Assembly (NCBI RefSeq): GCF_009914755.1
Contig: NC_060932.1
DNA length: 64,000 bases
DNA from: the human T2T-CHM13v2.0 reference genome, Homo sapiens
Direction: 5' to 3' (one strand)
The position numbers and the translations under genes were made by a program. The notes beneath the pieces are model-generated. The model had not been told where the DNA came from. It worked only from the letters and a program-made list of their open reading frames with translations, and searched no databases. Below are positions 1 through 15,184 of the stretch, piece by piece (the stretch's first letter is position 1; the number at the start of each line of letters is the position of its first letter).

Positions 1-119
1 ACCAGAATTACTTGAACCCAGGAGGCAGAGGTTGCAGTGAGTTGAGATCCTGTCACTACGCTCCAGCCTGGGCAGCAACAGAATAAAACTCCGCCTCAAA
101 AAAAAAAAAAAAAAAAAAA
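1..119 (+). mobile_element. Alu right-arm end with poly(A), cut by the window edge
   Basis: cttgaacccaggaggcagaggttgcagtgag...ctccagcctgggc...A-tail. Confidence 0.92.
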
Positions 120-573
120 GACATAAGAAGAGTTAAGGTGCCTGGCCTCAAGGAGCTTACATTTGAGTCTAAATGTCGGGACTTAGGGCACATCAAATCA
201 CTGAACCAGAAACTTTTTTTTTTTTCACTCATCATAAAAATTTGCTGAGCACTTACTATGGGTCAAGAATTCTGTTACCCACTTATGCTGTCTTGTTTAA
301 TCTTCCACTACCCTCTGCAAGAAATATTGCTACCTCCATTTTATAAGCAGGGAAACACAAGGTCAGAGAGGTGAAAAACGTGCCCAAGTTCACACAGCTG
401 TCACATGACAGCACAGAATAGAAACACATGTCCTGCTTCACTCCAGATCTACATTCTTGAGCACAAGGGGCTCATTGGCTGGAGTTGGCAAAGAAGGCTT
501 TGTGAAAGAGATATGCAGTTGCTTATTCATTTACTTACACCCCACATAATTCCAAAAAGGTTTAAAGTTGTGT

Positions 574-871
574 TTCTTTTTTTTGTTTGAGACAGAGTCT
601 CGCTCTGTCGCCCAGACTGGAGTGCAATGGTGCAATTTCCACTCACTGCAACCTCTGCCTCCAGGTTCAAGCGATTCTCCTGCCTCAGCCTCCCGAGTAG
701 GTGGGACTACAGGCGTGTGCCACCACACTCAGCTAATTTTTTTGTACTTTTAGTAGAGACGGGGTTTCGCCATGTTGGTCTGGCTAGTCTTGAACTCCTG
801 ACCTCAAAGGATCTGCCCGCCTCAGCCTCCCAAAGTGCTGGGATTACAGACATGAGCCACTGTCCCCAGCC
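574..871 (-). mobile_element. Alu (AluS-like)
   Basis: Full-length antisense Alu; imperfect TSD taaagttgtgtttct / tgaagttctgtttct. Confidence 0.93.
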
Positions 872-3277
872 TGAAGTTCTGTTTCTAATCAAAAGTGTTC
901 AATCACTGCAAAATATCAAATGTAAAAGATCAAACCCATAGAGTAGAATTGGAAGGATAATTAAACATGAAACTGAACTAAAGTGTTTTCTTTAACCATT
1001 TGTTCTTTCATTTATCTCTTTATTCAATGAGTATTCATGGAGTATATCATAAGTTTCAGACACCATGTGTTCTGTGCTGGGTGTACTGGGCAGAATGACA
1101 CACTCCATGGCCTTAAGGAACCTAAAGTCTGTGTATATGTGCATCTGTGTGTTGAGAAAAAAAAAATAAGACAATCAGCCTGAGAGTGTTCAGATAGAAG
1201 TGGGCATGGGTCATCCAGGACCATTAAAGGTGGCCTCTTTCCCAGCCTTGGGGAGCCAGAGAAGCTTTCCTTGAGAAATTTGTAAAAGGAGGTTGGGCAG
1301 TACAAGTATGTCAGACATCACAGCTCTTGAGCAGAAACTTAACTGTGTTTTCTGGCAACCAAAGCACAAAGGGACAATAAGATCTGTTCCATCATGCTCT
1401 AACATCAAGGAAGACTATTTTTCCCGTACTAAGATCTAGGGTCTTATATATCCGTATGGAAGGGACATTTTCTGTAATGAACAGTGTCTTCCAGAATGAG
1501 CTTTTGAACAATGCAAGCCTTCATGAAGTGGCTGTGACTGATAGCAAACCCCACTGGAGCCAAGAGTAGAATGTTAGAATGTCCTCCAGTCATCACATTT
1601 ACACAGGGAATCAAACTATTGCAGTCTCTTCACACGGCTTTCCAACTCTCAAATTTGGTTCAGCAACGGAATGAGAAGAATGCAAGCATAGGCAGAGAGG
1701 ACATGGGGATAAAGGAAATTAAAAGGGAACCTATTTTTTAAGACCTACTCCATACCAGGCCCTGCACTAGGCACTTAATGTGCATTAGCTCATTCAATAC
1801 CCCCAACTCTCCAAAGCAAATGTCACGTAACCCCCTTTACAGAGGGAAAAATCGAGGCTTATAGGGTTAAGTGGCTTCCAAAGGTCATATAGTTAGAGTT
1901 TATTGAGGGACCCAAAGACTGAGCTGGTCCACACTGAGACAGCCCAGTTTCATAAGCTGCCCATCCATACCTTACCTGGCCCAGTCATTCTAGATCCCCT
2001 GGAGCTGTTTGCCAGGACACCCACCCGGTCCAAACCACTTATTTGACAGAAGAGGAAACTGAGGCAGACAGAAGGCAAGTGACCTAGACCAGGCAGAAAC
2101 CACAGCCTTGTTTTCCTGACTCCCAGGCAGATACCTCCTCCCCCCCCCTGCATCCAGCAGAAGGAATCATTCTTCCTGGGCAACAGCCAGCCAAGTGCTG
2201 GAGCTCCCAGGACCCGTGCTAACAACTGCTTCTCAGTGATGAGGAGCTGGATAGGGCCCCTCTGCCCTCTGTCTGCCTTCCACCTCAAGGGCACAGCCAC
2301 TTCAGCAGAACTCTGAGGGCAGGCACATCGTGGACCCTAGCGGGAGGGTTGTGATGCCCGAAATCCAGTCCATGTTATATGGGGTCATCTCCACCCACGC
2401 AGGGAAGCTCAGGAAAGGGAGGGGGAAGCCCTCTCATCAGCCGCCTCTGTGGATGCCTCATTCTTTCTGTCTATTCTTCCCTTGATTACTCTGAGTTCAT
2501 GTGCAAATAATCAACGGCATTTTTTAAAGCCCAAATGATAGGCTTGGCAAAATTCTTCACTAGTTACAAATTATCACGGGAAGAATGGCATCATGGGGCC
2601 ATTGAAGAAGATGGCTCAGGACAGGCATGATGTCGGCCGACATCTGACACGAGAGGTCAGGCACCCAGGCGGCAGCATCCGCCAGCAGAGTGGGCTCCCC
2701 AACCCTCAGTCAGGCCCAGTCGGGGCCCTGTGGTCACCTCATGCCACTGCAACCGGGTCAATGCGGGGCCAGAAGGAGGATGTCTAGTCTCTATGGCCCA
2801 GTCACTTCTAGCCCGCTTCCCTTTGTTAGTCAATCAGCTTCTCCCAAAGGAACCCAAGGTTTGGCTCAGAGAATTGTAAATGAATAAACAATTCCACCTA
2901 CCTCTATGTTTGCCAAGGAGAAACTTCTGTGTGTGTGCATTTATCACATATATATACCCACCATTGTCCCCTCACTGCAGAATGGGAGTATAGAAAACAG
3001 AAAATGCCTGTGGCCCCCTCAATTCAACTGAGCTGCCCTGAACACTCTTCCAGGACCCGCTGAAACTCCATGCCTACTTTCAGTCAATCAACAAACATTC
3101 ACTGAAGTTCCTCTCTCTACCAGGCAGGACCATTTGCAGGCCCTTTTAGACTCCCCCTCCCCAGGAACGGCAGCATGGTGTCCTATATACCCTAAGCATC
3201 ATTTAAGTAAATTTAGAAAACTTAAGGCTTGCTGTTCCTGGTTCCTCCCTTCTCCTCTGTCTTTAAAAGTCAGCAAC

Positions 3278-3540
<263 letters not shown>

Positions 3541-4754
3541 TCAGCAACTGTGTGGCCCCTCCCCAGAGGCGGAGGAGCTGGAAATTTTACTCAGCTGGTC
3601 TCATCCTTTCCCTTTGCTTCTGACCCCTGACCTTTGGCTTCAACCAATGTCCTGCACTCCTGTCACTAATGGCTGGAGAAAGACAATTACTATAAGGAGG
3701 CTGCTTGCCCGAGTAGATCTTTTATGAAGTGATATTCGCTCACCCTGGCACACTGGAATCTTTGAATTTCATTGTCCTCTTGAGGTTGTATCTATTTCCT
3801 TACCATTTCAAGAGGCAGCTGTTGATCTCGCCTGGTGATTTCTGACAAGCTCCTCTTCCCTCTGCTGATGGCCTTTCTCAATCATATACCTGAACAAGCA
3901 AGACCTGATATTCCTCTTTCTGTGATCATTAGCCCCCGCTTAGTAAATAAAACCCACCTGCTCCCCTCTTTGCCCCCTCCCCCTCCCGAGGCTCCTCTTA
4001 ACCCTTCCAGGCCCAGGCTCAGCACAGGGGAGATTTTCCCTGGATAACTTCCCCATTTGTTTACCGAGACAGCGAGTGGCCACAGCACACAGCAAGCATG
4101 CAGGCCTGGTGCAAATTCAGAAAGAGACATAGATGCAGGGTATTTTTGCGCTGGAACATCATTTTTTTTTAAGTAGGAGGGTGAGGCTGGGTAAACCAGG
4201 ACATGTAGTTATTTGGAGGGACAGGATGAAGAAATTAGACGGCTTCGAGCTTGATTACAAGACAGGCTTTCTGCAGAGGAACTCAACTGAACTTGTTTCG
4301 GCAGATGTCCAAGTCTCCCACAATAGCCAGACCCCCACCCTGGAGCGTCTCACCAAAACACCCTCCTTCAAATCCTATTGGGTCAAAACCCACTGTGCTT
4401 CCATGGCAAGTTCCCTTTGCTCTACTGACAAGAGAAGAGTTTGCTAAGCAAATTAATCAAAGTGGACTGTAGGGTATGTGCAGAACCCACTAAGAGAAGA
4501 AACCATTTTCCAAGGTTGGAGAGGAATGGACTCAGAAATACAGTCTAGGGTTCTAGTCTCGGCTCTGCTGTTCATGCACGGCAGTGTGGCCTTGATTCAG
4601 CAATACAAAAAAGCTGTCTAAGGCCAGCACTCCCTGCGATCTGCTTTGATATGCCAATTCAAAATCCTCTCTGTTCCTCTCCCCATCCCATTTTTCCTCA
4701 CATTCTACCTGAACACTCTCCCAGGACCCACCGAAACTCCATGCCTACTTTCTT

Positions 4755-5330
4755 TCAGTCAATAACAAACATTTACTGAAGTCCCACTCTCTGCCAGGCA
4801 CTGTTCTAGGGGCTAAGGATAGAGGTGTGAAGAAAAACACAGAGGAAGATCTTGCCTGCTCGAAGCTTACATTCTAGTAGAAGGAAGTACATCATAAACA
4901 ATTATACACACAGACACACATACATATGTACACAGGTAAACATGTATGCATATGTAGTCTGTTGGAAGGTGGTAAGTGCTTTGGAAAAGTAAAATTTAGG
5001 AAGTCCTAAACTAGTGGGGGGAAAGGGTTCCCTGGAGAGGGAAGGTTTCTTTAATTAGCTGATGTTGGAGCAGAGACCTGAAGGAAGTGAGGGAGTTAGC
5101 TATGATATTGACTAGGAAAAGAGTATCCTAGGTAGATGGAACAGCCACTGCAAAGACCTGGAGGTGAGAATCGGCTGGGGGCGTGCAAAGAACAGCCAGG
5201 AAGCCCCTGTGGCTGCAGCAGAGTGGGTGGAGAGGGCAGCTGGAGAAGGAGTCAGAAAGGTAGTGAGCCAGACCATGGAGGGCCTTATATGGAGGCCTTA
5301 AATGGAGGCTGTATAGGGAGGCCTCATAAG
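4755..5330 (-). mobile_element. L2 (LINE-2) 3' fragment
   Basis: aacaaacatttactgaa...tgccaggcactgttctagg...cttacattctag...gacctgaaggaagtgagggag resembles the reverse complement of the L2 3' end; boundaries approximate. Confidence 0.65.
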
Positions 5331-8327
5331 GGTTGGGTTCCACTTGAAACAGATTATAGTACATTTCTTTGTTTAAGCAAAATTGTATAATTCAGATTTT
5401 TTAATTCATTTAAATGAGTCTCCCTGAAAACCTCCCAATTAATTCAAACGAGGGGAGTTTTGCCCCAGATTGATGGAAAGAAGCCAGGAAATGCACAGCG
5501 GAATTCCAAGAGGCTAATAACTGGAAAAAAATACGTAACAATATTCAGGCAAACTACGTGGGTAGAGTGAGGCCACCTAACATGCTAGTGTGTTCCTAGC
5601 GGGTTCCTTCTCTCGACTCCATTCCCCAGGAGGGGAGAGGACCCTGTAAGAGCCTGGCCTGGACAGTGGGAAACAGAAGATGGAATGATCACGATGGACC
5701 CAGAGAGCAGGTTCGTTCAGGGGCTTTGGGTGGATGGATACCCCAAAATGATGCTCAGTTGGGTCCAGACAGCCGAGAGGAAGAGCAATCCTGACCCGAA
5801 GCACAGGATGTGGGAGGATAAAGCCCGTTTCCTTCTCCAGGGCCTGCAAACGCTGCACACAACGCCGGCAGCAGAAGGCGAAAGACAGAAAGCCAGCCAG
5901 GCGGAAGAGGCTGTAACGAGGAAGGATGAAAGAGGGAATTCCTAGAAGAGAATGATTGGATTCCAAGTCTGTGCCACGCTGAATTTCTAACAGGACACAG
6001 CAACTAGGGGTGACCTAATCAGCATGCACGTATCATACCCAGAGTCCCACACCTGTCGTCTAAATCCTACATGTGCACGCTCAAGTATTTGGTAGTCCCG
6101 GCCTGACCACAGGGGGTGGGGCGAGCAGAGGAGAAAGAGGAGGAGTCCCGGGGGCAGCTGGCTCCAAGGGTGGAAGTCAGGGGGCTTGCAGAGGGCAAAG
6201 AGAATCCTTAGGGATCCCCCGAGAGAGACTCCTGTTCAGGGGGATCCCTGGGAGCACTCATCTTGCTGCCAGAAATCAATCACTCCATCAGTCATGTTGG
6301 TTGCCGAATGAGTAGTACCCTCCTTGCGTCCCCCCACTGTCCTGCCACTGTCTAATTTAATTCTGTGGATGCTCCCAGGGCCTGGCCCTAAACAGAGCCC
6401 TCCCCATGAGGGCTTTATCTCTGATGGGATCCTTTGCAAGGTGCAGACTCAGCGAAGCAGATCCTGGGTGGTGTGGACTTCCTAGTCCTGCCAACCAATG
6501 CCCAAAAAGGAAGGAGGCTCACGGGGCCAGCTCAGCCCAACTTCCCACTCACAGCAGGGATCCAACAGTGTGGCTGCTTCCACAAACACTTCTCAGACTG
6601 CCCGGTGCTTTTTCTAGACCTGTCCTCTCCAAGGCTGCCCTGGGACTTCATATCAAGATGCAGGAGGGGGAGTTTGAGGGGTCGGGCTAGGTCATCACTG
6701 TCATCACCTGGGACCACAGCACCCCTGGACCATTTCCAGTTGTGAAGAAGATCAAGTTTCCTCCATTTGGAAGAAAAGGTTATTCCAGCAGCCCCCATCA
6801 CCACCACGCACTCCAGGTAGAAATACCAGAAATACATTTCCCAGAATAAGATATTTTAGTACAGATCCCTCATGTCACTGCAGCCTCCCACTCAGCCAGC
6901 TTTCTAGCAAAACGAGAATTAAGAGTAATTTCAGGTTGCTGGGGCCCCTGAAAAAGGCTTATCTTCCACTGAGGATAAAAGTGAAGGATAGACTGGGCCA
7001 GGCGGGGTCATTCCACAAGGATTTGTTTGACCAACCAGGCTGGACCCTGACTATTAAATGGAGTAGGATGAGAGCAGCGACCTCATCTTACATTGTGAGC
7101 CTCCTGTGTGTTGGTGGGCAGGGAAGGAGAGGGGCGGGGTCAGTCCACTGTGCTGGGCTGGAAAAAATCAAAGAGTTTTTCCTGGAAGACTCTCTTCTGG
7201 CTGTAAGAGCTTCAACACACACAGTCACGCTCACCACGGTGGTTGTGCAAACCTCCCACAGAGATGTTTGATGAGATTAGTCACTTTCTGCCAGGGTGGT
7301 TGGTCCATGCGTAGGAGACTTCATGACCTCTGATGCTGGGCAGTGTCTAGGTCAAGGTGGTGACTCAAGTGTGCCCTCCTCCAGGGAGGGAGGCCAGGCG
7401 GGGGCTGAGTCATTGCTTCACATGGCCCCAGAGGTTGGCTTCCCAAGAAATGCTGTCTTGAAGGAGTGGGAACAGGCCAGCGTGTAAGGTGCCACGCACA
7501 GAGCAAGCTCTAAGGTGGCAGTCCACAGCTCTGGACTAGAGGCTCAGAGAAAAATTGAAGCAACCAAGCATGTGGCGGTGTTTGCTGAAAGGGAGATGAA
7601 TTCTGCCTCCTTTCAAGTCATTTTTCCCCAGGCCGGTGAGTTCAGGAATGGCTGCCAGTCACAGAATCACAGAATCCCATTGCCGAGGGAAGGTTGGGGA
7701 GCAGCCCCTCTGACCTCTCCCTCTGAAGATGAGGGCAGGAGAGTCCAGGGAGGGTAAGTGACTTGCCCACAGCCATGCAGCGCTCTCAGGGGCTTCTCTG
7801 TGCACTCAGGACCCTTGTCCCCTCCCCAGCCACTGGGGTGGCAGCTCCATTTGCTCTTGGCCACAAGTTCTCCGCAAGCACACAGAGAAACCTTGGTGCA
7901 AATTAGAGAATGATGCCCCCTCCTCGGGGCTGAGGCCCAGGTTGGGTGCACAGATGGGTGAGTTGAGGGTGGCTGGCTTTCAGCCCCATTCGCCCTGCTT
8001 ACCAGATGCCCCTGATCAGAGTACAATCTCACAGTGGCAAGCAAAGTCCCCACATTCCAGCCCACACCTATGTGTGCCTGGTCCACAGGCTACCTGCCTT
8101 CTCTCCTTGCACCTCTGGACCGCATGCAGGACGGTTCCTCCCAGCTTTCTCCTCCACCAACTCCCATGTGAGTTCACCTCCCTTTGCACAATGGGCCAGT
8201 GTGCCCTCTCTCTTCCTCCAACTTAAGGATGATTTCAGCCCTGTCACCCATCAGTCACTCCCCGCTGCAAACCCTCAGAGTTCCAACTGCCTGGGGTGGA
8301 CAGCTTGGTCTCAGAGGTCATCTAGAG

Positions 8328-8547
8328 CAGGGGTTGGCAAACTACAGCCCATGAGCCAAATCTGGCCTGTGCCTGTTTCTGTAAATAAAGTTTTGTTGGA
8401 ACACAGCCATGCCTAGTCATTGACATTGCCTATGACTGCTTTGGAACTACAGCAGAACAGTTGCTAGTTGCAATGGAAATGGCATAGCACACAAGGCCTG
8501 TCATTTTCACCATCTGGCCCTTTACAGAGAAAGTGTGCCCATCCCTG
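8328..8547. mobile_element. MER58A hAT-Charlie MITE
   Basis: caggggttggcaaact...aaagtgtgcccatccctg terminal inverted repeats; 8-bp TSD atctagag/acctagag. Confidence 0.85.
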
Positions 8548-8727
8548 ACCTAGAGCAAACTTTCCAAGGCTCAGAGAAGTTCAGTGACCTAGCTGATGTC
8601 ACCAGCTGCTGGATGGCAAAGCCAGCATTTGAACCTGGATCCCCTGATACTCCTTCTGGTATATTCCAGACTCCTTGAGAAAAGAAATGACTTTACTATG
8701 TCATCAGACTCTCACCCCGTTGCCAAA

Positions 8728-9031
8728 CTTTTTGTTGTTGTTGTTGTTTTGAGACGGAGTCCCACTCTTTTGCCCAGGCTGGAGTGCAGTGGCGTGATCT
8801 CAGCTCACTGTAACCTCTGCCTCCTGGGTGCAAGTGATTCTTCTGCCTCAGCCTCCTGAGTAGCTGGGATTACAGGCACACACCACCACACCTGGCTAAT
8901 ATTGTATTTTTAGTAAAGACAGGATTTCGCCATGTTGGCCAGGCTGGTCTTGAACTCCTGACCTCAGGTGATCCACCCGCCTAGGCCTCCCAAAGTGCTG
9001 GGATTACAGGTGTGAACCACCACGCCCAGCC
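8728..9031 (-). mobile_element. Alu (AluS-like)
   Basis: Full-length antisense Alu with (GTT)n tail. Confidence 0.93.
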
Positions 9032-11390
9032 CCTGCCAGCCTTTTCTCTATACAGAAAAGCACACAAAGGAGAAGTGGCTCTACTTAGAAAACATCGAGG
9101 TGGCTCAGAACTCATACCCTCCTGGGGCTCTCCCTGGAGGAATCTCCTAGGAGCCCGAGGTAGCAAAGCCCACTCCGCTTTTGCATCAGGCCTGACAGGG
9201 CAACCCCATGCCTGCCCACCTCCCATCGGTGTTGACATTCCCTTCAGCTCAGCTCCACATCTGATCAATATTTATTCACCATTTTGAGCTGGTGCACTTG
9301 CTCCGGCAGCACATCCTCTGCCTGCATGCGTGGAGAGGAGGCAGCCAGTCAAAGGTACTCCAAAGAGCGTGACATTTGCATCTTCTGTAGCCACTGTCCC
9401 CAGTGGCTCACAGATCACATCAACTCTATTTACCAACACAAGGAAGTTTCTTTTTTCTCTCTCTCTGTCTTCTCTCTTCCTGCCCTCTCAATTCCACTTG
9501 GCAATGCTTGCAAGAACACATCCCAGGGGCCTGATCACAGTCATTTTTTCGTCTGCCATGGGGAATCCGTGAAAGCTTCTTAGTCCACAGAGAGGAGGAG
9601 GAAGGAAGAAGATCCAAGCATGGGTCCCAGTGCAGCTTCTCTCAATGCCTAAAGGAGCCCGGTGGCCAGCAGGTGCTGAGGAGTCCTGGAGGCTGGGGCA
9701 GGGTGGCCACTGGACCTAGGGAGTGGCTGAGCACCCCTGCATGCCAGGGCATATGGCAGGGTACTGCATTGAATCCTGACACCACTCCTTGGAGGCAGGG
9801 ACCACTATCTCCATTTCACAGATGAGCAAACTGAAACTCAGACTGGACGTGGTCACCCCCTTGGTCAGTGGCTAATCTGGAACTCAAACCCAGGTCTGCC
9901 TAATTCCCAAATTTACAAACCTCTTAACCATGGCGCCCCCAAGGTAAGAGCTGTCCAGGCAGGTCCAAGCAAGCAAGATCCTAGCTGGTCGGTCTCTTTC
10001 CCGGAAAAGCCAGCTTCCAGTAAAGCCATTCCCAGCAAGGTCATTATCAATCCCAGCAAAATCAGGATGGCAAGCCCTGAAGTGGAATGCCACCCTCATC
10101 CCCCTACCCCACTGGAAAGGCTCTGAGCAGGGACCTGTGTCCTTGGGCACCGCCTTCCTCCCGACTCCCTCCTCCCTCGTTTCAAGTCCACACCATACTT
10201 GATTTAATGAAGTCACTTATAGAACTCCCCCCTCATTGCTCTGTGGGCTCCCTTGTGAAGCCCACAAAGGTATACTCAGCCCTTCATCTGTGGATTGTCT
10301 GTCACCGCCGACCTGCACAAGCATGAGGCTGCTGGAGACGGAGGAGAAGGAGCAATGATAAAGCCCAGTTAACTGGAGCACCCCGTGGTCAGCACAGGCA
10401 GAGCACACAGGTGGCATGTGTGACTCATTTCAGGGTGACAGCCTGGCATGACAGTTACAGCACAGGGCCCCGAGCCAGCCTGCTAAGTTTGTGTCTGAGC
10501 ACTGCCACACCCCGTAGCATCTCGGGGCAGATAGTAACCTCTCCACACTTCAGTGTGCTCGTCTGTAGAATGGGCTGCAGCACCAGCCTCACTGAATCCT
10601 AATGGGGATGAAATGAGGTAACAGTCATACAGTTTTGGAATGATGTCTGGCACATGGAGAGGGCTATGTAAGCATGAGTTAATTCTTAAATATACATATT
10701 TTTAAGTATCTACATTTGGTTTTGGTTTGGTTTGCAGTAGTGCTATTAAAATCCTCCTAAAATGTTTGATACCATTTTTCCGCTCTGGAAGGTACAGCAC
10801 AAAAACTCCACTTCACACTAAAAGAGGAATGTGGCAAATATGTCTGGTTAATTGACGCTCTGCATGGCCTTGATTGTGTAAACAACATCTTTGTGAGGTT
10901 TTCAGAGCCCTTTCTATTTACTCACTTGCTTGAATGTAGGAGGTAGAGTGATGAAGCCATACTGCTGAGTTTTTAGAACACACATCAGACCTTAAAGATT
11001 CAATGTGGTCACCTCGGCAGGCTGGGATCACCCCCATCGCTCATGACGTTGGAGGTACTCCTTGCAGGGGAGGGGATGTGCTGGGCCGGAAAAACCCAGC
11101 TGACTGCTTAGTCAGCCTCAGCAGCCTCTGTCCATCTCTGTCTCAGTCTCTCTCCTCTCTTCCAGAGCTCGTTTAGAGGTGAAAAGTACTTGAATCATCC
11201 AATACAATTTTGTAGGTGAGGCAACCAAGATTGAACAAGATTGCCTGAAAGTCACCGTAAATGACTAGAAGGCAGCCATTCCACCATGTAAACCCACCAC
11301 AGAGAATGTCATCAACCTTATTTACCAGTTTGGCTTCTAAATGACTTTGGATTTTCCTAAAAAATTTAATCCATTTTTAAAAGATGAATG

Positions 11391-11677
<287 letters not shown>

Positions 11678-11751
11678 CTACCCCTACTAAGACTCTAAAA
11701 AAATGGGCAACAAACAGGCGATGAATCTGTTTACTTGTATTAACACAGTAT

Positions 11752-12055
11752 GGGCCAGGAGCATGGGTGGGTCACACCTGTAATTTCAGACTTTGGGAGA
11801 CTGAAGCAGGGGATCCCTTGAGGCCAGACAATTAGGATCAGCCTGGGCAACATAGTGGGATTCCATCTCTACCAAATAATAAAATGAATAGGGTGTGGTG
11901 GCACACACCTGTAGTTCCAACTACTTAGGAGTCTAGGGTGAGAGGATCACTTGAACCCAGGAGCCTGAGGTTGCAGTGAGCTATGATCACACCACCACAC
12001 TCCAGCCTGGGCAAAAGAATGAGACCCTGTCTCAAAAAATAATAATAAAAATATT
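11752..12055 (+). mobile_element. Old Alu (AluJ-like)
   Basis: Diverged dimer with aggatcacttgaacccagg...gagctatgatcacacc. Confidence 0.85.
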
Positions 12056-12267
12056 TAAATAAATACACAAATTTTTTAAAATATGCAGTAAGTGACCAGC
12101 CTCAGCATCCTTGGGAGGGGCAGCCCAATTTCAACTCACTTCACAGATCAGAAAATGCTGGTAAAGAATTTCTCCAGCTGGCAGGGAACACTGGGGCTTC
12201 AATCCTCATGAGTAAAGGAAAGTCTTCATCTTAGGCATTCGACAGTCTGTGGCTGGGAACTAGAGAC

Positions 12268-12287
12268 AGGTGCATATGTATGGATGC

Positions 12288-12329
<42 letters not shown>

Positions 12330-12477
12330 CCCTTCAGCATGAAGTGAAGCCATCGGTGCATGCACACAAACACATTCACACAAAGCCCCTTTGGCAGAAG
12401 TGAAGCCATGGGTGTGTGCGCACACACACACACACGCACACACACACACACACAAGCCCCTTTGGCATGAAGCCATA
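12268..12477. repeat. Compound (CA)n minisatellite, three units
   Basis: Three (CA)n tracts, each followed by gcccctt..gca(t)gaag(tgaag)ccat. Confidence 0.85.
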
Positions 12478-13130
12478 GCAGATGGGCTATGAGACCCTCA
12501 GAGGCAGGAACCAGCAGGCAGCCGACACTGGGAGGCTAAACCAGAGACCCGGTGGGCTCCTCAGTGAGCAGGCGAGTCATGGGCGAAAGTCCAGATTGGC
12601 CAAAGATGTCCATCCTGGCAGGCCTAGGACCACCATCAGGAAGGTCTGTGGGAAACAGCAGGGCACCTCCTCAGCCTAAGCATCCCCGTCAAGGCAGGAC
12701 CAGCAAATGCAGGGCTGAGCCCAGTTCTGGGAAACCTGTGTGCCAAGCCGATAGCAAAGGCAGGGCCTGGGGTGCCAGGAACTAAGGTGACGACCCTGTG
12801 TTTGGTCTTGATACCAGGTAGGCGCCCTGCTGTGAGGACCACCGTGGGTCAACGTGGGACCTGCGGCACTGCTCACTCAATCCTGAGCTTCTGAATTGGC
12901 CACCTATATGACTTCACACTTGACAAGGTATCAGAGCCTAGAAAACGGAGTGAGCCAGACTTGCAGATAGAGGCATGCCCCTGATCAGGAATCCTTAGGG
13001 GGCTGGTGGCAAAAAAAAAAGCTAATTTTATACACTTTGCTGACTAGGGGGTAAAGGCACAGGGCCCTGGATTGCATGTGTCTGCAGTCTCCCACAGCAA
13101 CTCTAAGAAAATCTAGAAATCAGTCTCTGG

Positions 13131-13474
<344 letters not shown>

Positions 13475-13587
13475 TCACTTCCTGTTTTTGGTCCCTCAAC
13501 CCCAATTTCAATGTCTAGACTCAAATGTCTTAATGTTACTAGAATTCATTCACACCATTAAATTAACTAACATTAAGATAGCAACAA

Positions 13588-13593
13588 TTTATT
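13588..13593 (-). terminator. Distal polyadenylation signal AATAAA
   Basis: Plus-strand TTTATT in an AT-rich block ~1.6 kb beyond the proximal signal; consistent with my recollection of a longer annotated GFRA2 3' end. Confidence 0.55.
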
Positions 13594-15184
13594 CTTCTAG
13601 TTCGATTTGCATATTTTGAGAGAATCACAAATAGGAATCATCTCAACCAAAGGAATGAATACCTAATGGTAAAATTTCAGCCATGTGATACTTGGATAGG
13701 GAGACATTTGAGGGCAGAGTAAAGCTAGCTAGTATCCACTCCTCCTTCATAATGGCACCTCAGTTTCCTCTTGGGAAATTTTCTCTCCCCCATGATGTAG
13801 CCTAAGGGCTTACCTCCTATTAGGGATACCAGACATGACATATATATCCTCTCTCTCACACTCAAGTATGGCAGAGGGCAGGCACAAGGCCCAGTTCAGC
13901 CAGATGGGCAATGGTTGGCAGCAGAATGCTGACCCTGTACATCCTGCCTTCCAGCCCCTCAGATGCCCTCTAGTCCCTGCCCTCGCCTCCCCTGGTCCCC
14001 CTACCTCCCACAAATTCCGTGAGCCACCTTCTCCCATAGCCTTCCAGTAAAGTACTTTTTAAGTTAAATGGTCTTTGCTGTTTGCAAAGAACACGGATTC
14101 CTAAGTGGATGCCATGACCACGTCTACCCGCAATGGCTGGACAGAGACCTGGCTGGCTCACTGTACCCCTTCCATGCAGAGGCTGGAAGGCAATACACCA
14201 CAGTGATAAACGCTGTGAACGGATGCTGCTCACACATATACAACCAGAAGCAAAAGCCATTGAGGGGACCTGCGATTGGGAGATGGGAAAACTGCATCCT
14301 ATTGTCCAGTTGAAATGGGATGAGCTCACATGCAGCCCTGAAGGCCAGGCTGACAGTAGAAACATCTTCTCGCCTACCAGTCTTCCATTCTCCCTCCTGC
14401 CATGGGTATATATTCACACGTGCACGTGAACATGTGCGAGCCTGCACACGACCGCACACACATGTACACATGCTCACATACATGGACACACACACACTTG
14501 GCCAGCAGGCATTCTCCTGGTCCTCTCTGGGGAGAATCTCTCTTGGAGACTATGGCAGGCCTAGTGTCCAAGTGGGGCCTGGGTAGCAAATGGAGAAACA
14601 GGAAAGGAAGGAATAGAGGGAGACCCAAAAAATACTTATGCTTTCAGACCATGACCCCAGAACATGCACAGTCATCTCCTTCTTCTCTGGTGGGACCCAA
14701 AAGGCCAGGTCACTGCACTCACAATCACACATCTCAAATAAGCCAGGAGTCCCAGAGGGACATACCACTTTGCTCTATGTAAGACTAACAGGGCCACCCA
14801 GACAGCCTGACAATAAAACATTCCCAACGTGTGATGCCAAGCTGTGGCTCCCCACCACGTCCACGTCCACTGCATTCTCTTCCAGCCTGGGAGCCACAGG
14901 CATTTGCGCCAACTGGAGAAGTGAGCAAAGAGGGAACAGAACAGCCCACCAGGCTCAGCACAGCGTGGACCCTCAGATCCCGCCCCCAGTGTCAAACCAG
15001 CTCCTAAGAGAGCTCCATCTACACACAATGTGGACACATGGGTGAGACACATGGATGCACACACATGCACACAGGCACACACACGGACACACATTTCCCC
15101 AGCCCACTGGGAGCTCCACTTACGCAGGTAACACTGGACCAAGAACAAAATGGGGGCAAAACCCCACGGGACCGAGGCAGAGGC

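Noticed and set aside
14417-14428. Tandem E-box palindrome cacgtgcacgtg
   Set aside because: Embedded in CA/TG low-complexity sequence where such motifs arise easily.
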